A stretch of 64,000 bases of DNA from an uncultured bacterium (GCA_964457585.1 CAYWFU010000007.1:5275-69274), one strand, 5' to 3'. Numbered from the stretch's first letter, positions 9,718-19,844 are shown. Translations and numbers: made by a program. Notes: generated by a model from the letters alone, not told the origin.

Positions 9718-10752
9718 ATGTCGATAAATGTTATGTTTAGAGCAGATTCGTCATCGATTATTGGTACAGGTCATATAATGCGTTGTTTGACTTTGGCAGA
9801 TTCTCTAAAAGAAAAAGGTGTTGAAATAAGTTTTATTAGTATTAAAGAAAAAGGAAATTTAATACAATTAATTGAAGAAAAAGGATATAAGGTTTATAAA
9901 TTACCTATAAAATCTGATGAGAAAAAAACCTTAGATATATTAAAAAACCAAAAATCTACAATAGATTGGCTGATAATAGACCATTATAATATTGATACTT
10001 TTTGGGAAACCAAATTTAATAAATTTGTTAAAAAAATAATGGTAATTGATGATCTGGCAAATAGAAAACATAATTGTGAGCTTTTATTAGATCAAAATTA
10101 TTATCTTAAAAAAAATAGATATAAAGGATTAATTTCTAATAAATGTAAGCAATTAATTGGCCCTGATTTTGCATTAATTAAAAAAGAGTTTTTAAAGTTA
10201 CGAAAAAAATTAGAACCACGTACAGGAAAAGTAAAACAAATATTGGTTTTTATGGGTGGTGCAGATTTTACAAATGAAACTTCAAAAATACTAAAAGCTA
10301 TTAAATTGTTGAATAATCCTGGTATTAAATTTAATATTGTTATAGGCCCTGCTAATCAGTATTACAATAAATTAAAAAAAGAAATAGCCAAAATATCAAA
10401 TGCTGTTTGTTTTTATAATATAAATAATATGGCCGAATTAATGTTTAATGCTGATTTATGTATCGGAGCATGCGGTTCTACAACATGGGAAAGATTAATT
10501 ATGGGTATTCCAAGTATTGTTATTATTATTGCTGATAATCAAAAAGAAAATGCTGAAAGTCTTGATAAAAAAGAATGTATAATAAATCTTGGATTTTATA
10601 ATAAGGTTACTATTAAAAACGTATTTACAAAAATAGAATATTTAATTAACAATCCTAATATTATTAAACGAATGAGCAAAAAAGCGCAAAAAATTGTTGA
10701 TGGCAAAGGTACTGGCAGGGTTACAAATATTTTATTAAAGGCAGGTCAATAA
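9718..10752 (+). CDS. pseG: UDP-2,4-diacetamido-2,4,6-trideoxy-beta-L-altropyranose hydrolase, PseG
   Basis: FRADSSSIIGTGHIMRCLTLA matches the PseG N-terminal signature [21 protein letters not shown]; GT-B-like length. Confidence 0.8.
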   Translation: MSINVMFRADSSSIIGTGHIMRCLTLADSLKEKGVEISFISIKEKGNLIQLIEEKGYKVYKLPIKSDEKKTLDILKNQKSTIDWLIIDHYNIDTFWETKFNKFVKKIMVIDDLANRKHNCELLLDQNYYLKKNRYKGLISNKCKQLIGPDFALIKKEFLKLRKKLEPRTGKVKQILVFMGGADFTNETSKILKAIKLLNNPGIKFNIVIGPANQYYNKLKKEIAKISNAVCFYNINNMAELMFNADLCIGACGSTTWERLIMGIPSIVIIIADNQKENAESLDKKECIINLGFYNKVTIKNVFTKIEYLINNPNIIKRMSKKAQKIVDGKGTGRVTNILLKAGQ

Positions 10753-11456
10753 TGTCAATAAAAAACAGGATAGTAATTGCAACTATTAAGTCATGGAATA
10801 TAGCAAACGCAATAAAATTTAAGAATATTCATAGCGAAGAATTTGAAACGTTAATAATTACTAAAAAAGAAGATTTGAATTTAAATTATATAAAAGATTT
10901 TGATCCAAAATATATTTTTTTCCCGCATTGGTCATGGATAATTAAAAATGATATATACGATAATTTTGATTGTATAGTTTTTCATATGACAGATTTACCA
11001 TTTGGAAGAGGAGGCAGTCCCCTTCAGAATTTAATTATAAATAAAATTTACAATACAAAAATTTCTGCCATTAAAGTAGACGGTGAAATAGATACTGGTA
11101 AAATTTATTTTAAAGAAGATTTTTATATAGGATTGGGTAATGCAGATGAGATCTTTCAAAGAATTTCAGAATTAATATTTTTTAAAATGATACCAAATAT
11201 TTTGAAAAACAATATAATTCCACAAGAACAAACAGGCGATATAACTTATTTCAACAGAAGAACTCCGGAAGATAGCGATATTTCTAAAGCTAGTTTAAAC
11301 AATTTTGATGATTTATATGATTTTATTAGAATGTTAGATGGGGAAGGTTATCCAAATGCTTTTTTAAAACTTGGAAAATTTAAAATATCCTTTAAAGAAA
11401 TATCTGAAAAATCTGATAAAGTTACAGGAAGATTTGAAATTGAGGAGGAAAAATGA
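10752..11456 (+). CDS. formyltransferase-domain protein (Fmt/PurN N-terminal-like)
   Basis: HMTDLPFGRGGSPLQNLII resembles the formyltransferase catalytic core (His...Asp, SLLP-like loop); overlaps neighbours by ATGA. Confidence 0.55.
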   Translation: MSIKNRIVIATIKSWNIANAIKFKNIHSEEFETLIITKKEDLNLNYIKDFDPKYIFFPHWSWIIKNDIYDNFDCIVFHMTDLPFGRGGSPLQNLIINKIYNTKISAIKVDGEIDTGKIYFKEDFYIGLGNADEIFQRISELIFFKMIPNILKNNIIPQEQTGDITYFNRRTPEDSDISKASLNNFDDLYDFIRMLDGEGYPNAFLKLGKFKISFKEISEKSDKVTGRFEIEEEK

Positions 11457-12130
11457 AAAGAGTTCTTATTGTTGCTGCTCATCCTGACGATGAAGTTTTA
11501 GGTTGTGGCGGAACTGCTGCGAGATTAATAAAAAACAACTATGAAATATTTACTCTTATTCTTGGCGAAGGAATTACTTCAAGAGATTATATAAAAAATA
11601 TAGAAAATCGAAAAAAAGAAATTGATGAATTGAAACATGAAATAAAACAAGCAAATAAAATTATTGGGATAAAAAACGTTTTCACTTTTGATTTTCCTGA
11701 TAACAGGTTTGATACAATTGCTTTATTGGATATTGTAAAAGCTATTGAAAAAATAAAAAATGAAGTTAACCCGGAAATTATATTTACACATTATGAAAAA
11801 GATTTAAACATTGATCATAAGATTACTTTTAACGCAGTAATGACTGGAACCAGACCATTTGGTAAAGAAATTGTAAAAGAAATATATTCTTTTGAGATTC
11901 CGTCTTCAACAGAATGGAATTGTCCTTTGAGTTTCTCCCCTGATGTTTTTTTTGATATTGATAATACACTTGAATGTAAATTAAAAGCAATAGAAGCATA
12001 TAAAACAGAATTAAAAGAATTCCCTCATCCAAGATCTATTGAAGGGATTAAACGGCACGCAAAATATTGGGGTATATGTGTTGGTTTAAATCAAGCCGAA
12101 GCATTCAAAAGTATAAGAGTAATAAAATAA
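11453..12130 (+). CDS. PIG-L/LmbE family N-acetylglucosaminyl deacetylase
   Basis: VLIVAAHPDDEVLGCGGT zinc-binding AHPDDE motif. Confidence 0.85.
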   Translation: MKRVLIVAAHPDDEVLGCGGTAARLIKNNYEIFTLILGEGITSRDYIKNIENRKKEIDELKHEIKQANKIIGIKNVFTFDFPDNRFDTIALLDIVKAIEKIKNEVNPEIIFTHYEKDLNIDHKITFNAVMTGTRPFGKEIVKEIYSFEIPSSTEWNCPLSFSPDVFFDIDNTLECKLKAIEAYKTELKEFPHPRSIEGIKRHAKYWGICVGLNQAEAFKSIRVIK

Positions 12131-12142
12131 TTATAATAATTA

Positions 12143-12691
12143 TTGAATATACTGGTTAACTCAATGAAAAAATTAAAAAAAAATTTTAAGATTGAAGACG
12201 GCATTTTTATTAATTTTGTTAATATTAATGTTGAAGAAAAAGAAATAGTTCGAAATTGGAGAAATGATAAAAATATCAGACAATGGATGTACAATGATCA
12301 TAAAATTTCTTCTTTGGAGCATGCTGAATTTTTAGAAAAATTAAAATATGATAAAAAAAATTTTTATTGGCTTATAAAAAAAAATCAAGAGTATATAGGT
12401 GTTATTTATTTTAATAAAGTTGATTTAAAAAATAAAAATGCATATTTTGGTATTTATACTAATCCTGAAAACTATAAAAAAGGGAATGGGCAATTAATTT
12501 TTAGATATTCAAAAAAAATAATTTTTGAAATAGCTAATTTTCATACAATAAAATTGGAAGTAATTGAAAATAATCATAAAGCTATAAATTTTTATAAAAA
12601 AGTTGGATTTTTCAAAGAAGGAACTTTAAAAGAATTTATTTTTAAAGATGGAAAATGGCTTGATGTAATTATTATGGGCATTGTAAATTAA
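12143..12691 (+). CDS. pseH: GNAT N-acetyltransferase, PseH-like
   Basis: VRNWRND..IRQWM, EHAEFLEKL, YWLI....IGVIYFN......AYFGIY parallels Campylobacter PseH (KWRNHPDINQFM ... FGLY). Likely true start at Met 12164. Confidence 0.75.
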   Translation: MNILVNSMKKLKKNFKIEDGIFINFVNINVEEKEIVRNWRNDKNIRQWMYNDHKISSLEHAEFLEKLKYDKKNFYWLIKKNQEYIGVIYFNKVDLKNKNAYFGIYTNPENYKKGNGQLIFRYSKKIIFEIANFHTIKLEVIENNHKAINFYKKVGFFKEGTLKEFIFKDGKWLDVIIMGIVN

Positions 12692-12727
12692 TATATTATA
12701 TCAAATAATAAAAAAGGGGAAGAATAG

Positions 12728-13780
12728 TTGAATCCAATTCAAATTAGTAATAAAAAAATAGGGCAGGGTTATGAACCATTTATTATTGCTGAAATGTCAG
12801 GGAATCATAATCAGTCATTAGAAAGAGCTTTAGCTATAATTGAAGCAGCAGCAAAAACAGGTGTCCATGCTTTGAAGCTGCAAACTTATACGGCAGATAC
12901 AATGACTTTAGATATTGAAGAAGGGGATTTTTTTATTGAAGATCCAAAAAGTTTATGGAAAGGAACTTCATTATATAAACTTTACCAAAAAGCTTACACT
13001 CCATGGGAATGGCATGAGCCTATTTTTAAGCGGTGTAAAGAATTGGGCTTAATCGCGTTTAGTACTCCTTTTGATGAGACATCTGTGGATTTTTTAGAAA
13101 AATTGAATGTCCCAGCATATAAAATAGCATCATTTGAAAATAATCATATACCTTTAATTCGTAAAGTTGCATCTACGGGAAAACCTATGATTATATCTAC
13201 CGGTATGGCAACAATAGCAGAGCTTGATGAAACAATCAGAACAGCAAGAAATTCCGGCTGTAATGATATAATATTGCTCAAATGTACAAGTACATATCCT
13301 GCTACACCGGAAGATGCAAATATCATGACCATACCGCATATGCACAAATTATTCAATGTGCAGGTTGGCTTATCCGACCACACAATGGGAATAGGTGTTG
13401 CAATAGCAAGTGTAACATTGGGAGCAACAGTTGTTGAAAAACATTTCACACTAAGACGTGCTGATGGTGGTGTGGATTCAGCATTTTCAATAGAACCGGA
13501 AGAAATGCAAATGCTTGTAAAAGAAACTAATAATGCATGGCAGGCGTTAGGAAAAGTTAATTACGGCCCAACTAAAACAGAAAAATCATCGATGAGATAT
13601 CGAAGATCTCTTTATGTGATTCAAGATATTGAAGCAGGAGGGCAATTCACCCATGATAATATTAAGGCAATTAGACCGGGTTTTGGTTTACCAACTAAAT
13701 ATATTGAAATAATTATTGGAAGAAAAGCAAAAAAAATAATTAAAAAAGGCACTCCTTTATATTGGGATTTAATTTTTTAA
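12728..13780 (+). CDS. pseI: pseudaminic acid synthase, PseI (NeuB family, full length with C-terminal SAF domain)
   Basis: PFIIAEMSGNHNQSLERALAIIEAAAKTGVHALKLQTY NeuB TIM-barrel signature plus C-terminal antifreeze-like domain; TTG start. Confidence 0.85.
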   Translation: MNPIQISNKKIGQGYEPFIIAEMSGNHNQSLERALAIIEAAAKTGVHALKLQTYTADTMTLDIEEGDFFIEDPKSLWKGTSLYKLYQKAYTPWEWHEPIFKRCKELGLIAFSTPFDETSVDFLEKLNVPAYKIASFENNHIPLIRKVASTGKPMIISTGMATIAELDETIRTARNSGCNDIILLKCTSTYPATPEDANIMTIPHMHKLFNVQVGLSDHTMGIGVAIASVTLGATVVEKHFTLRRADGGVDSAFSIEPEEMQMLVKETNNAWQALGKVNYGPTKTEKSSMRYRRSLYVIQDIEAGGQFTHDNIKAIRPGFGLPTKYIEIIIGRKAKKIIKKGTPLYWDLIF

Positions 13781-13846
13781 GAATAAGTCTTCATAGTGTT
13801 GAATATGTTTTATAATTAGTTTTAATATGATAAAGAATAGGGGGAT

Positions 13847-14611
13847 ATGAAATTGAAAAATAAAATAAGTCAAGACAAAATTTATAGCACAGAGGAACAA
13901 CTTAGTGTTAAAACACAATTGGGTGATTTGTTTGAGTCTGATAGAGGGCAAACATCTGATAAATTAAGCGCTTTTACAAAGTATATTACCAGACAAGATT
14001 TAAGTCTTTTTCTGGCACGATATGAAATTTTTAAAAAAGTCATGGGTATTAAAGGCTCAATTATTGAATGTGGAGTTTATTTTGGAAATGGGCTTATGAC
14101 TTATTCACAACTGAGTGCTGCATTGGAACCAATAAATTATAATCGACGAATTATAGGTTTTGATACATTTTGCGGGAACAAGGGGGAAACGAAAAACGAT
14201 TTACCTAGTAAAGCAGCTGCTGGTTTAACGCAAGCACAATATGATATTGATTCAGAAAATGAAATACTAAAATGTATAAATATTTATGATAAAAATCGTT
14301 TTTTAAATCATATTTCTAAAGTAGAGTTGGTAAGGGGAGATATTATTAAAACAATTCCACAATATATTATTGAAAATCCACACTTAATAGTGAGTATTTT
14401 AGAGCTATCTGTAAATCTTTATGAGCCGACTAAAGTCGCATTAAAACATATCTTACCAAGAATGACAAAAGGGTCAATTATTTCGGTTAATACTTTGAAT
14501 GAAGGGATTTTTCCTGGTGTAACTTTGGCTATTAAAGAAGAATTGGGAATTAATAATGTGTGTATTCAAAGTTTTGAATATGCACCAAACCTCTCTTATA
14601 TTGTTTTATAA
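13847..14611 (+). CDS. TylF/MycF-family class I SAM-dependent (O-)methyltransferase
   Basis: IIECGVYFGNGLMTYS and IIGFDTFCG resemble macrocin-O-methyltransferase family motifs (E.GV..G.S ... FDSF.G). Confidence 0.5.
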   Translation: MKLKNKISQDKIYSTEEQLSVKTQLGDLFESDRGQTSDKLSAFTKYITRQDLSLFLARYEIFKKVMGIKGSIIECGVYFGNGLMTYSQLSAALEPINYNRRIIGFDTFCGNKGETKNDLPSKAAAGLTQAQYDIDSENEILKCINIYDKNRFLNHISKVELVRGDIIKTIPQYIIENPHLIVSILELSVNLYEPTKVALKHILPRMTKGSIISVNTLNEGIFPGVTLAIKEELGINNVCIQSFEYAPNLSYIVL

Positions 14612-14654
14612 TTTAATATCTAATCACCATTCTTAAAATTCAAGGATAAAATAA

Positions 14655-15944
14655 ATGAAGTTTCGTTATATGAAAAGATTTATCGATGAATTAATAGAAT
14701 ATTTTCTTGTGAATTTAAAGGGTTATAAGAATTCAAAAGATTCTGAACTATTAAACAATACTATTTCTTTGAAAAATAAGTACAAAGGAGAGCGGCTGTT
14801 TATATTTTTTTCAGGGGTGAGTATAAAAAAAATAAATTTGGATATTTTCAACAACGAATATACAATGGCAACAAATTATTTTGTACTTCATTATAAGTTT
14901 AAAAAACTTAATTTTGATTTTTATAGTATGGTTGCTTCTTGGAATATGAAAGAAGCCATTAACTATGAGTGGCTTACCGGTATTGTCTATAATAAAGTGA
15001 AACCGGAAATGAAGATATTTCTTCATTCCTCATCGCATAGCTGGCTTTCAAATATACCTTCATATAAACCCGAGATTACGTATTATGTTTCACCCTTACC
15101 TAATGGATTTCCTGATTATTGCAATGTGCAGGATTCAATGAAAGGAGTGTTCACTTGTAGCATATCTTTAGCAATACATATGGGATTTAAAGAAATTTAC
15201 CTTGTTGGTTCAGATTATACAAAATCACCGCAAATTGTAGGACATTTCTATGATGGGGAATATGTTAAGCAAGAGCCAACCAAAGAATTGTTAGAAATGC
15301 ACACTAATGTAAATGAATATGCGAAAAAAAATGGGGTAAAAATTTTTAATATAATTGAAGACGATTTTAAAAGTCCCATATTTGAGGGTATTAATATAAA
15401 TGACATTTATGCTCTTTTTAATAATCAAAATAAACAGTCTTATACTGATAAATTGATTGATAGGATCGATGCTTTAGTATTCGATTTTGATGGTGTATTG
15501 ACAGACAATTTAGTATATGTTGATCAGAACGGTAATGAACAGGTTTGCTGTAATCGAGGTGATGGACTTGCTTTTGATGCGCTTCGCAAGCTTAATATAA
15601 AGACTTTTATTATATCTACCGAAACAAATTCTGTTGTGGCAGAACGGGCAAAAAAATTAAAAATTCCTGTACAACAAGGTATTGCCAATAAACTGGAAGC
15701 ATTAATATCTTTAGCAAAAAAAGAAAATATAGATATAGCTCGTATATTGTATGTTGGAAATGATTTAAACGATCTGGAAGTTATGAAAACATGCGGGTTG
15801 TCTGCCTGTCCTGCGGATAGTCATGAAAGAATTAAAGAGATTAGCCGTTTTAAATTAAAAACTTTAGGTGGAAAAGGACTCGTTCGAGAGTTAGTAGAAG
15901 ATTTATTAAAAATAAATATTGAAGAAATTCTATATAAAAAATAA
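14655..15944 (+). CDS. fusion protein: N-terminal DUF115/MptE-like (Maf-type) domain + C-terminal KdsC-type HAD sugar-acid phosphate phosphatase
   Basis: N-terminal half: LFIFFSGVSI ... SISLAIHMGFKEIYLVGSDYT, the DUF115 pattern. C-terminal ~165 aa: ALVFDFDGVLTDN...GDGLA...YVGNDLNDLEVM...ADSH, the KdsC HAD motifs I-IV. Confidence 0.7.
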   Translation: MKFRYMKRFIDELIEYFLVNLKGYKNSKDSELLNNTISLKNKYKGERLFIFFSGVSIKKINLDIFNNEYTMATNYFVLHYKFKKLNFDFYSMVASWNMKEAINYEWLTGIVYNKVKPEMKIFLHSSSHSWLSNIPSYKPEITYYVSPLPNGFPDYCNVQDSMKGVFTCSISLAIHMGFKEIYLVGSDYTKSPQIVGHFYDGEYVKQEPTKELLEMHTNVNEYAKKNGVKIFNIIEDDFKSPIFEGININDIYALFNNQNKQSYTDKLIDRIDALVFDFDGVLTDNLVYVDQNGNEQVCCNRGDGLAFDALRKLNIKTFIISTETNSVVAERAKKLKIPVQQGIANKLEALISLAKKENIDIARILYVGNDLNDLEVMKTCGLSACPADSHERIKEISRFKLKTLGGKGLVRELVEDLLKINIEEILYKK

Positions 15945-15964
15945 AAAAAGGAGGAATTGAATTA

Positions 15965-16795
15965 ATGTTTATTATTGCAGAGATAGGAATCAATCATAAT
16001 GGTGATTTAAAAATCGCCAAACAGCTTATTGATGTTGCAAAGATCGCTGGTTGTGATGCAGTCAAATTCCAAAAAAGAACCATAGATTTGGTTTACACTA
16101 AGGAATTATTGGATTCACCGCGGGAAAGTCCATGGGGAAAAACACAGCGAGCCCAAAAAGAAGGCTTAGAGTTTAATTATGCTCAGTATAAAGAAATAGA
16201 CGATTATTGTCGTCATAAAGAAATTGAATGGTTTGCGTCTGCCTGGGATCATGAAAGCCAGAAATTCATAAGACAGTTTGATTTTAAACATAATAAAGTT
16301 GCATCAACAATGATAGTTGATGAGAAATTTTTAAAAATGGTTGCGAGCGAAGGAAAACATACATTTATATCTACAGGGATGAGTTCCCTGGATATAATCG
16401 ATAAAGCTGTTCAAATTTTCAGGGATATGAAATGTTCATTTGAACTTATGCATTGTGTTGCTACATATCCTATGAAAGATGAAGATGCAAATCTTAATTG
16501 TATTCCTATGCTTCGTGAGCGATATAAATGCGATGTTGGATATAGCGGACATGAAACAGGTTTGGCTATATCCTACGCTGCTGCGGCATTTGGAATATCC
16601 TCACTTGAAAGACATATAACATTAGACCGCGCTATGTATGGTTCCGATCAATCTGCTTCTGTTGAACCTATAGGTATTATGCAATTGGTTGGAGGTGTGC
16701 GAAAAATTGAACGTGTGCTTGGAAATGGTAAAAAAACAATTATAGAAGCAGAAATTCCAATTGCAAAAAAACTTCGTGCGCATATTCAAGGGTAA
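15965..16795 (+). CDS. NeuB-family sugar-phosphate/PEP-condensing synthase, short form lacking the SAF domain
   Basis: MFIIAEIGINHNGDLKIAKQLIDVAKIAGCDAVKFQK NeuB catalytic barrel; only 276 aa, no C-terminal antifreeze-like domain. Confidence 0.75.
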   Translation: MFIIAEIGINHNGDLKIAKQLIDVAKIAGCDAVKFQKRTIDLVYTKELLDSPRESPWGKTQRAQKEGLEFNYAQYKEIDDYCRHKEIEWFASAWDHESQKFIRQFDFKHNKVASTMIVDEKFLKMVASEGKHTFISTGMSSLDIIDKAVQIFRDMKCSFELMHCVATYPMKDEDANLNCIPMLRERYKCDVGYSGHETGLAISYAAAAFGISSLERHITLDRAMYGSDQSASVEPIGIMQLVGGVRKIERVLGNGKKTIIEAEIPIAKKLRAHIQG

Positions 16796-16806
16796 AGGGG
16801 AAAATT

Positions 16807-18246
16807 ATGATTATTAAAGATAAACGTAAATTTTTAAATGAAGAAACATGTTATAGTCCTGATTTTCATATAGCGGACTATGAATTGGGAAAATATTCTT
16901 TTAACGAATCCGCACTTTCAAATCTTGGAATTAAATCAACTATGACCAAATCTGAAGACTTATGGAAACGCGGGCGTAAAATTATTCCCTGTGGTACTCA
17001 GACACTTGGAAAGAGCCCGATAGGTTTTATTGATGGCGTTGCCCCTAAATATTTATCACATGGAAAAGGCGGCCGAGTCTGGGATGTTGACGGAAATGAA
17101 TATATAGATTGCTGGCTTGCCTGTTTACCAATAACGTTTGGATATCGTGTTGAAGAAATAGATAATGCTATAATCGAGCAGGTAACAAAAAGCGGAATTA
17201 CTTTTTCCCTAATGCATTCATTAGAGGTGGAAGTTGCTGAAATGCTGCAGGAAGATATTTCAATTGCTGAACAAATAAGGTTTACAAAAAACGGTTCTGA
17301 TGTTTGTGAAGCTGCTGTTCGTTTAGCAAGATATTTAACAAAACGAGATAAAGTTATTACTTTAGGTTATCATGGTTTTCATGATTGGTATATAGCAAGC
17401 ACTGATCGTAATGGCGGAATTCCTGATTGCATAAAAGAAAGAACTTTGCGTTTTGCTTATAATAATATTGATAATTTAAAAAAATTGTTTGATACAAATA
17501 AAAATGAGATAGCCTGTGTAATTATGGAGCCTACTATTTTTGAAGCTCCTAAGGATGATTTTTTAGCTAAAGTAAAAGATGTTTGTCATAAAAATGGAGC
17601 ATTATTGATTTTTGATGAAATGCTCACTGGTTATAGATTCTCAACTAACGGTGCAATGTCTTTTTTTGAAGTTGAGCCGGATTTAGCTACTTTCGGAAAA
17701 GGAATTGCTAATGGAATGCCGATAGGCATTCTCGTTGGATTAGAAAAACACATGCGAGGATTTGAAGAAGTTTTTCTTTCAAGCACTTATGGCGGGGAGA
17801 CTCTTACTCTTGCGGCAACATTAGCAGGTCTTAAGTATCACCGTAAGAATGATGTTGTTGGCCACATGTGGCAAATAGGGAAAATTGTTCTGGATAATTT
17901 CAGACAATCGATCAAAAAATTTAATTTAGAAAAAAACATATCAGCTATTGGTTACCCTGTACGACAAACATTGACTTTTAAAAAAGATAATGGGGAACCT
18001 GATTATAGCTTAGCAGGTCTTTTTCAACAGGAAATGCTGAAAAATGGTGTGCTATGCAATTCAGGACTTGGTTTTTGTCATAAACATTCTGCTAATGATG
18101 CTATGCATGTAGCAAGAAGTTTTGACAAAGCATGCTTATTAATGCAAGAAGCTATAAAATCCGGTAACCTTGAACGTTATTTAAAAGGTAACCCTGCGCA
18201 ACCTGTTTTTCGTGGATTGCGCGATCAGAAAGTAACATCAAATTAA
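16807..18246 (+). CDS. class-III PLP aminotransferase (glutamate-1-semialdehyde aminomutase-like)
   Basis: Fold-type I class III pattern; the catalytic-Lys region contains DEMLTGYRFSTNGAMSFF, with the lysine in ATFGKGIANGMPIGIL. Confidence 0.75.
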   Translation: MIIKDKRKFLNEETCYSPDFHIADYELGKYSFNESALSNLGIKSTMTKSEDLWKRGRKIIPCGTQTLGKSPIGFIDGVAPKYLSHGKGGRVWDVDGNEYIDCWLACLPITFGYRVEEIDNAIIEQVTKSGITFSLMHSLEVEVAEMLQEDISIAEQIRFTKNGSDVCEAAVRLARYLTKRDKVITLGYHGFHDWYIASTDRNGGIPDCIKERTLRFAYNNIDNLKKLFDTNKNEIACVIMEPTIFEAPKDDFLAKVKDVCHKNGALLIFDEMLTGYRFSTNGAMSFFEVEPDLATFGKGIANGMPIGILVGLEKHMRGFEEVFLSSTYGGETLTLAATLAGLKYHRKNDVVGHMWQIGKIVLDNFRQSIKKFNLEKNISAIGYPVRQTLTFKKDNGEPDYSLAGLFQQEMLKNGVLCNSGLGFCHKHSANDAMHVARSFDKACLLMQEAIKSGNLERYLKGNPAQPVFRGLRDQKVTSN

Positions 18247-18255
18247 AAGGACATC

Positions 18256-19083
18256 ATGCTAGGAAGTTCATTGTTTGGAGTAATGCAGGGCAGATTACTT
18301 CCTAAATATAAAGGACGTTATCAAGCCCATCCATTAGGATATTGGCAGGAAGAATTTTTTATTGCTGCAAAATTTGGTTTGGATATTATTGAATTTATTC
18401 TTGATTATGAAGATGCTGAAAAAAATCCAATTTTATTTGATCCTGATTCAATATGTAAAATAATTGAAAAAACAGGAGTGAAAGTAAAAAGCGTATGCGC
18501 AGATTATTTTATGGAAGCTCCTGTATATTCAAACCCTGATAGCAGTGCTATTCTTGAACGTTTAATTCGAAATGCGAGTATTGTTGGAATACGTGATATT
18601 GTTATCCCATGTGTGGATAAATCCAGTCTTCATGGACGCAAAGAAGCAGCATCATTTATTGAAAATTTGCTTGCTGTCATTCCTTTAGCAGAGAAAACAG
18701 AAGTGAATTTGGCTCTTGAAACTGATTTGCCCCCGGATGATTTTGCATGGTTGTTATCACAATTTAATTCTAAAGTAGTGACAGTTAATTATGATACCGG
18801 TAACAGCGCTTCTTCAGGGTATAATCTGATTGAAGAATTTGAAGCCTATGGTGATCGCATTACTGATATACATATAAAAGATAGAATTTGCGGAGGAGGC
18901 TCGGTATTATTAGGTACCGGCAATACAGACTTTGATGCACTTTTTTTATTTTTATCAAAAAACAAATTTAGTGGACCATTAATTATGCAAGCTTATCGAG
19001 ATGACGAGGGTATTGAGATTTTCAAACAACAACAAAAGTGGATACAAGATCGGTATAATAGATTTATAGAAAGGATTAAATAA
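18256..19083 (+). CDS. xylose-isomerase-like TIM-barrel sugar(-phosphate) isomerase/epimerase
   Basis: Metal-ligand motifs LALETD and DIHIKD typical of the AP_endonuc_2 / xylose isomerase-like TIM barrel. Confidence 0.55.
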   Translation: MLGSSLFGVMQGRLLPKYKGRYQAHPLGYWQEEFFIAAKFGLDIIEFILDYEDAEKNPILFDPDSICKIIEKTGVKVKSVCADYFMEAPVYSNPDSSAILERLIRNASIVGIRDIVIPCVDKSSLHGRKEAASFIENLLAVIPLAEKTEVNLALETDLPPDDFAWLLSQFNSKVVTVNYDTGNSASSGYNLIEEFEAYGDRITDIHIKDRICGGGSVLLGTGNTDFDALFLFLSKNKFSGPLIMQAYRDDEGIEIFKQQQKWIQDRYNRFIERIK

Positions 19084-19844
19084 TGTCAAATGTAAACGTA
19101 GTTGCTTTAATTCAAGCTCGGGGAGGTTCTAAAGGTGTACCGGGAAAAAATATACGACCATTGGGTGGATACCCTTTAATAGCATGGTCAGTAGTAGCAT
19201 GCAAATTATGTAAAAATATTGACCGAGTTGTTATTTCAACAGACAGCCATGAAATCGCTGATATAGGAAAGAAATATGGGGCAGAAGTTCCTTTTATGCG
19301 TCCTGCTGAATTCGCTACTGATACAGCTAATGATTTAGATGTTATTAAGCATGCATTAGGATGGTTCAAAGATGTTGAAAAAAGAATTCCTGATTTAATA
19401 ATTCAAATTAGACCAACGACGCCGCTGCGAGAACCATCTTTAATGGATGATGCAATTCGTTTGATGCAGAAACATCCTGAAGCTACTGGATTATTATCGG
19501 TATTTGAAATGCCTGAATCTCATTGCAAAATGTTCGGCATGAAGAAAGATGGGTTCTTACATGGATTATGTCCTGATGATCCGCGTCCTGAATATTTTAA
19601 TTTACCACGTCAAGTATTTCCTCCAACATATTTTGCAGGCGGATATATTGATATTATCAAACCAGGCACAGTATTAGATTTGAAAATGTGTTATGGTGAT
19701 CGTATACTTGGTTTTATTTCACCAGATAGCGGTGAAGTTGATAGTCCGGAAGATTTTAAACGTTTAGAATATTTAATGAGCGATTATGGGCAAACAGTAT
19801 ATGAATATTTAAGGAAAAATTTTTATGAAAAAAACTGTAATTGA
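19083..19844 (+). CDS. acylneuraminate (CMP-nonulosonate) cytidylyltransferase, NeuA family
   Basis: VALIQARGGSKGVPGKNIRPLGGYPLIAWSV classic NeuA N-terminus. Confidence 0.8.
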   Translation: MSNVNVVALIQARGGSKGVPGKNIRPLGGYPLIAWSVVACKLCKNIDRVVISTDSHEIADIGKKYGAEVPFMRPAEFATDTANDLDVIKHALGWFKDVEKRIPDLIIQIRPTTPLREPSLMDDAIRLMQKHPEATGLLSVFEMPESHCKMFGMKKDGFLHGLCPDDPRPEYFNLPRQVFPPTYFAGGYIDIIKPGTVLDLKMCYGDRILGFISPDSGEVDSPEDFKRLEYLMSDYGQTVYEYLRKNFYEKNCN

